A stretch of DNA of 38,360 nucleotides from a virus. Lineage: Duplodnaviria > Caudoviricetes. Where the stretch lies: positions 1 to 38,360 of IMG/VR virus record IMGVR_UViG_3300048575_000463; one strand, written 5' to 3'. The position numbers and the translations under genes were made by a program. The notes below the pieces were generated by a model. It worked only from the letters and a program-made list of their open reading frames with translations. It searched no databases and was not told the origin of the DNA. Shown here piece after piece: positions 34,470-38,360 of the stretch (the stretch's first letter is position 1; each line of letters opens with the position of its first letter).

Positions 34470-34892
34470 ATGTCTTTCGACCGCCAATTTTTTATAAGAT
34501 TTATTTCGGATGAATTCTATAAGTTCCGTGGCAATACAGACAAGTCATGGTCTGATTTTGCTGATTTTCTTGATGTAAGCCAGCAGACTATGGCTGCATG
34601 GAAGAACGGGTATTTGAAAAGGGTCCCGTCCCAGGAAAATATCAACAAATTGGTTCTTCATTTTGGCCCTATTGTTTATGAAATTTTAGGCATTGAAAGG
34701 CCACCTGAAGATCGAATAGATGACCTTTTGGCTGTTCTGCCAGATGAATTACATTCATCCATCAAGGAAGCTCGAGCAGAATATATTTCAGAGTTTGTTA
34801 AAAGAGGAATTTCAAAAGATTCGCCTGAAGCCAGGCAGATTGTGATTGAAGCATTTGAGAAGCGCGGCATAAAAGTCAATGTAACTGAGTGA
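34470..34892 (+). CDS. XRE-family HTH repressor (CI-like, no S24 peptidase domain), leaderless
   Basis: SWSDFADFLDVSQQTMAAWKNG...PSQENINKL; ATG 6 nt after TATAAT with no RBS. Confidence 0.8.
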   Translation: MSFDRQFFIRFISDEFYKFRGNTDKSWSDFADFLDVSQQTMAAWKNGYLKRVPSQENINKLVLHFGPIVYEILGIERPPEDRIDDLLAVLPDELHSSIKEARAEYISEFVKRGISKDSPEARQIVIEAFEKRGIKVNVTE

Positions 34893-35083
34893 TCCATAAA
34901 ATCCCCTTCATGTGATGAAATTGATGTTTACTATGTAAAGGGTTTTATCGACCAAAATTTAAGTGATGATAATTATTCAGAGCCATTCAAATTTCCTTTT
35001 CGTGTCATTTAGTAAATACGTTCTATATAGAACGATAATAGCACGACGAGGACGATAAAACAAGTGCCCTAAGGGAGGAAATT

Positions 35084-35500
35084 TTGATAACTTCATGGGA
35101 TGATTACCCAAAACTAAATTCAATTCAAATGAAGACTTTCAAATTAGCACTTCATGAATATGAAACAACAAGCAAAACTGTCGGATATGTTGCAAAAATG
35201 TTGATGGAATATTTTTCCAAAGAGGATGCCAAAATCATCGCGGCAACTGAAATAACTCGTTATTATGCGAATAAGGACATGAAAGAAGCGATGGGTATTT
35301 ATCATGAATTAAGTAAGAACCCATCTTTTCATATGAATAAAATTTGGCAAACTGCAAACGACAATTTCAGATGCCCTGTATGTAAAGGCCTTCATGGCGT
35401 TAGCGTCCCACTCATCGAGAACTTTCCAGGTGGAATTTTCCAACCTCCGGCCTGCCCTGGTTGTCGGTGTGATTTGACATTCCATCATTATTTTAAATAA
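35084..35500 (+). CDS. Stand-alone truncated MuF-domain protein in the lysogeny module
   Basis: [32 protein letters not shown] and PPACPGCRC motifs; GGGAGG RBS 5 nt before the TTG start. Confidence 0.8.
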   Translation: MITSWDDYPKLNSIQMKTFKLALHEYETTSKTVGYVAKMLMEYFSKEDAKIIAATEITRYYANKDMKEAMGIYHELSKNPSFHMNKIWQTANDNFRCPVCKGLHGVSVPLIENFPGGIFQPPACPGCRCDLTFHHYFK

Positions 35501-35513
35501 CAGGGAGGAATAT

Positions 35514-36053
35514 ATGAAAAAATGTCCATATTGTGCCGAAGAAATTCAAGACGAAGCGATCGTCTGTAAACACTGCGGACGGGATTTTCGCATGATACAA
35601 CAGCCACCACGACAGCCCTCCACTCCGCCAAAATCCGGAAATAGCAATCGAAAATTATTGTGGATATTAATCGGTTGCCTCAGCGTTTGTGTTTGTTTAC
35701 TTTTTTCTTTTATGTCTTCAATGTCATCAAAAAATCCAAACAACTTTACTGGAACCCAGGCATCCAACCCGGGCCTCTTTACCAAAGAAGTTATTTATGA
35801 AGTCACCGGATCCGCCACCGGAATATCTGTGACACTTGAAAATGCTGATGCCGGCACAGAACAGGGAGAATTCGCCCTGCCATTCAAAAAGATCTTCCGC
35901 ATGAAAGTAGGTTCATTTATCTACATTTCTGCCCAGAACAAAGGCGAGACGGGTGACGTCACCTGCACGATCTATCTGGACGGTCAGAAATATAAAACCG
36001 CAACATCCTCCGGAGCATACACAATTGCCAGTTGCAATGGCCTGGTGGAATGA
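35514..36053 (+). CDS. Zinc-ribbon / TM / MmpS-like membrane protein (candidate superinfection exclusion)
   Basis: [21 protein letters not shown]; TM helix; VIYEVTG...ISAQ...VTCTIYLDG...ASC. Confidence 0.7.
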   Translation: MKKCPYCAEEIQDEAIVCKHCGRDFRMIQQPPRQPSTPPKSGNSNRKLLWILIGCLSVCVCLLFSFMSSMSSKNPNNFTGTQASNPGLFTKEVIYEVTGSATGISVTLENADAGTEQGEFALPFKKIFRMKVGSFIYISAQNKGETGDVTCTIYLDGQKYKTATSSGAYTIASCNGLVE

Positions 36054-37591
36054 CCCAAACTAAATCCCCATTCCCTCGGTCCTCTTCGGTCGCCGCTTAT
36101 TTACGTGATTCTGGCGGCGACGATCAGGACCTGTCCGTGGGACAGCAGGAACGGTCCATCAGGGATTGGTGCAACAAAAATGATATAGAACTCACCCAGA
36201 TCTTCCGTGATGAAGCCCGCCCGGGCAGCTCCACCATCGGCCGCAATGGCTTTGACGAAATGATCGCCTATTTCCGGGCGGCCAAGAAGGTCAGGGAAGC
36301 CGGTCTGGTCATCTGGTCATTCGCGCGCTTCTCGAGGTCGCAGGATGACAGCCAGTATTTCAAGGCAGATCTCCGCCGGCGCGGCTATATCATCCACTCA
36401 ATGACCGATTCCCTTCCGGAAGGCACGATGGGAAAATTCTTTGAGGCGGCCGTCGAATGGAAGAACGCGGATTTTCTCGAGACCCTTTCGCGCGAGACCA
36501 AGCGCGGCCAGCAGGACCTGGTCAAAGAACACAAAGCCCTGGGCGGCACCCCACCGGCCGGGTTTCGACGCGTGCAGGTCACCCTGGGCAAACGCCGGGA
36601 TGGATCAGCGCATATTGTCCACCGGTGGGATATCGACCCCGAGACGATCGACCGGGTGCGGCTCGCCTGGGAAATGAAAGCGGGCGGCGCCAGTTACAAA
36701 CAGATCCACGCGGCCACCCACATCTACAACTCGGTCAACAGCTATGTCACTTTCTTCCGCAACCGCCTTTACCTGGGGGAAATGAAATTCGGCGAGACTA
36801 TTATCCCCAACTATGTTGAGCCGGTGATTGACCAGGATACCTGGGACGCCGTACATGCCCGGATGCAAAATGGCCGCGGTCACATTCAGCCCGAGATGGA
36901 TCCATTGGACAATCCACGCCGGGCATACAGCCGGTTCCTGCTCAGCGGATTGCTCTGCTGCCAGGAATGCGGCGCGCCGATGAATGGTATCAGCATCCCG
37001 TCAAAGACCGGGCCATCCCACGAATATTATGAATGTTCGCGGGCCAAACGCAGCGCGGGCTGCCAGGCCAGGCCGGTGCCCAAGATGACCATCGAAAAGG
37101 CTGTGCTGGACGAATTCAGGGAATACCTGGTCACGCCTGAAGTGATGGCCGCGGTCCGTCAGAGGGCCAAAGAGCGCAGTGAGGAAGTTACCAACGAAAC
37201 ATCCGAAAAAATAGCCCAGGCAAACCAGCGCCTGGGAAGTGTGCATCAACGCATCACGAACATTGTCAACGCCATCGAGACCACTCCAGACAGCGAATTT
37301 TTAGCCAAACGGCTGCTGGATCTCGAGCAGGAAGAACGGGATATCCGCCGCCAGGTCAAAACTCTGGAAGAGGACAAACGCGCCACCCGTCACGCTGTGG
37401 ATATCGAAATGCTCTCAAAAGTGCGTGGATTGGTTGAAAATATCGAAAATATTCACCCGGATGACCTGAAATCGATCTTGATCGGGTCAATTTCGAAGGT
37501 TTTGGGAAGCAGAAAAGACAGGACCGTTTATGGCGAAGTCCTGTTCTTGCCTGCTCCCGAGCTGGTTTTTGCGGATAATGAATTTTTATAA
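36050..37591 (+). CDS. Large serine recombinase (integrase)
   Basis: AYLRDS catalytic Ser, [25 protein letters not shown] zinc ribbon, YYEC, coiled coil; ends within the att repeat. Confidence 0.95.
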   Translation: MTQTKSPFPRSSSVAAYLRDSGGDDQDLSVGQQERSIRDWCNKNDIELTQIFRDEARPGSSTIGRNGFDEMIAYFRAAKKVREAGLVIWSFARFSRSQDDSQYFKADLRRRGYIIHSMTDSLPEGTMGKFFEAAVEWKNADFLETLSRETKRGQQDLVKEHKALGGTPPAGFRRVQVTLGKRRDGSAHIVHRWDIDPETIDRVRLAWEMKAGGASYKQIHAATHIYNSVNSYVTFFRNRLYLGEMKFGETIIPNYVEPVIDQDTWDAVHARMQNGRGHIQPEMDPLDNPRRAYSRFLLSGLLCCQECGAPMNGISIPSKTGPSHEYYECSRAKRSAGCQARPVPKMTIEKAVLDEFREYLVTPEVMAAVRQRAKERSEEVTNETSEKIAQANQRLGSVHQRITNIVNAIETTPDSEFLAKRLLDLEQEERDIRRQVKTLEEDKRATRHAVDIEMLSKVRGLVENIENIHPDDLKSILIGSISKVLGSRKDRTVYGEVLFLPAPELVFADNEFL

Positions 37592-37612
37592 CTTCGGGGA
37601 GGTGCCCCCATC
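37577..37612 (+). repeat. Right att junction (overlaps the integrase stop and the tRNA 3' end)
   Basis: Direct repeat of 1506-1541. Confidence 0.9.
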
Positions 37613-37675
37613 GGGATTCGAACCCGAGTTTTGGCCTTGAGAGGGCCACGTCCTGGGCCACTAGACAATGGGGGC
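37601..37675 (-). tRNA. tRNA-Glu (anticodon CTC)
   Basis: GCCCCCA/TGGGGGC acceptor stem, TGGCC-CTCTCAA-GGCCA anticodon arm, TCGGG-TTCGAAT-CCCGA T arm; ends ACC followed by T. Confidence 0.97.
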
Positions 37676-37684
37676 GGGACGAAA

Positions 37685-37713
37685 AATATACCATGCCACC
37701 GGCCGGTTGTCAA
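37685..37713 (-). promoter_or_regulatory. tRNA promoter
   Basis: TTGACA-17-TATATT with extended TG. Confidence 0.7.
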
Positions 37714-37742
37714 AGGATTGGGCGCAGGCTATAATCCACCGC

Positions 37743-38360
37743 ATGCCCGCAGGCATCCCACCCTCCAAACGAATCTTTGACCTGGTCCTAACCGTCCCGG
37801 GGATCATCCTCATCTCACCAGTGATCCTGATTCTGGCTGTCCTCGTGCGCGTCAAACTGGGCAGCCCGGTCCTCTTCCGGCAAGTGCGGCCCGGTTACAA
37901 AGGCCGACTGTTCACCCTGAACAAATTCCGCAGTATGACGGACCAGCGCGGCCCGGATGGCACCCTGCTGCCTGACTCCGTTCGCCTCACGCCGTTCGGC
38001 CGGTTCCTGCGCGCCTCCAGTCTCGATGAACTTCCTGAACTTTTGAATGTGCTCAAGGGCGAGATGAGTCTGGTCGGTCCCCGCCCACTGCTGGTGGCCT
38101 ACCTTGACCGCTACTCCCCCGAACAGGCCCGCCGGCATGACGTGCTGCCCGGGCTCACCGGGTGGGCGCAGGTCAACGGGCGTAACGCCCTCACCTGGGA
38201 AGACAAGTTCACGCTGGATGTCTGGTACGTGGACCACTGGTCTCTCTGGCTGGATATTAAAATCCTCGCGCTCACCTTTCTCAAGGTATTCAAGCGCGAG
38301 GGGATCAATCAGCCTGGTTCGGCTACGGCCGAAGAATTTAAGGGTTCAGCCCACGGTTAG
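37743..38360 (+). CDS. Host sugar transferase (Bac_transf; PglC/EpsL-like phosphoglycosyltransferase)
   Basis: KRIFD, KFRSM, LDELPEL.NVLKGEMSLVGPRP and PGLTGWAQVNGRN motifs; TATAAT 7 nt upstream (leaderless). Confidence 0.9.
   Translation: MPAGIPPSKRIFDLVLTVPGIILISPVILILAVLVRVKLGSPVLFRQVRPGYKGRLFTLNKFRSMTDQRGPDGTLLPDSVRLTPFGRFLRASSLDELPELLNVLKGEMSLVGPRPLLVAYLDRYSPEQARRHDVLPGLTGWAQVNGRNALTWEDKFTLDVWYVDHWSLWLDIKILALTFLKVFKREGINQPGSATAEEFKGSAHG

Larger units (their letters stand above)
1541..37611. mobile_element. Prophage (siphovirus-like, HK97-fold capsid) integrated in tRNA-Glu
   Basis: Flanking att repeats; integrase, repressor, replication, packaging, head, tail and lysis modules all present with intact ORFs. 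Confidence 0.95.

Noticed and set aside
37356-37713. ORFs overlapping the tRNA
   Set aside because: Spurious translations across tRNA-Glu and the integrase antisense strand.

Overview
Almost the whole window (~1541-37611, ~36 kb) is an apparently complete siphovirus-like prophage integrated into the 3' end of a tRNA-Glu(CTC) gene (minus strand, 37601-37675). The prophage is bounded by a 36-bp direct repeat (33/36 identical; 1506-1541 and 37577-37612). Joining the two phage ends gives a symmetric ~67-bp attP next to a large serine recombinase. The minus strand carries, from right to left: a Cro-like RHH protein and early genes (a primase-less P-loop ATPase, a tyrosine recombinase), a dif-like 11-6-11 site, a primase-helicase followed by an iteron array, DUF5131, ASCH-like and nucleotidyltransferase genes, a Com-like zinc ribbon, holin-like genes, terminase, portal, MuF, a protease-capsid fusion, tail genes and a C39-type endolysin. 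The plus-strand lysogeny module holds a leaderless XRE repressor, a second truncated MuF-domain gene, a zinc-ribbon/TM/MmpS-like protein and the integrase. A host sugar transferase lies right of the tRNA. To the left are a secreted protein gene and what looks like the relic 3' end of an older, related integrase. The host is probably Chloroflexota (Anaerolineae-like); this is inference only. The most notable observations are a head-morphogenesis (MuF) paralog in the lysogen-expressed module (a candidate decoy for superinfection defence), a truncated replication-ATPase paralog, terminator-containing late leaders with LexA-like boxes, and many co-oriented REP-like palindromes, several of them in frame inside virion genes. 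All calls come from reading motifs by eye; no searches were run.
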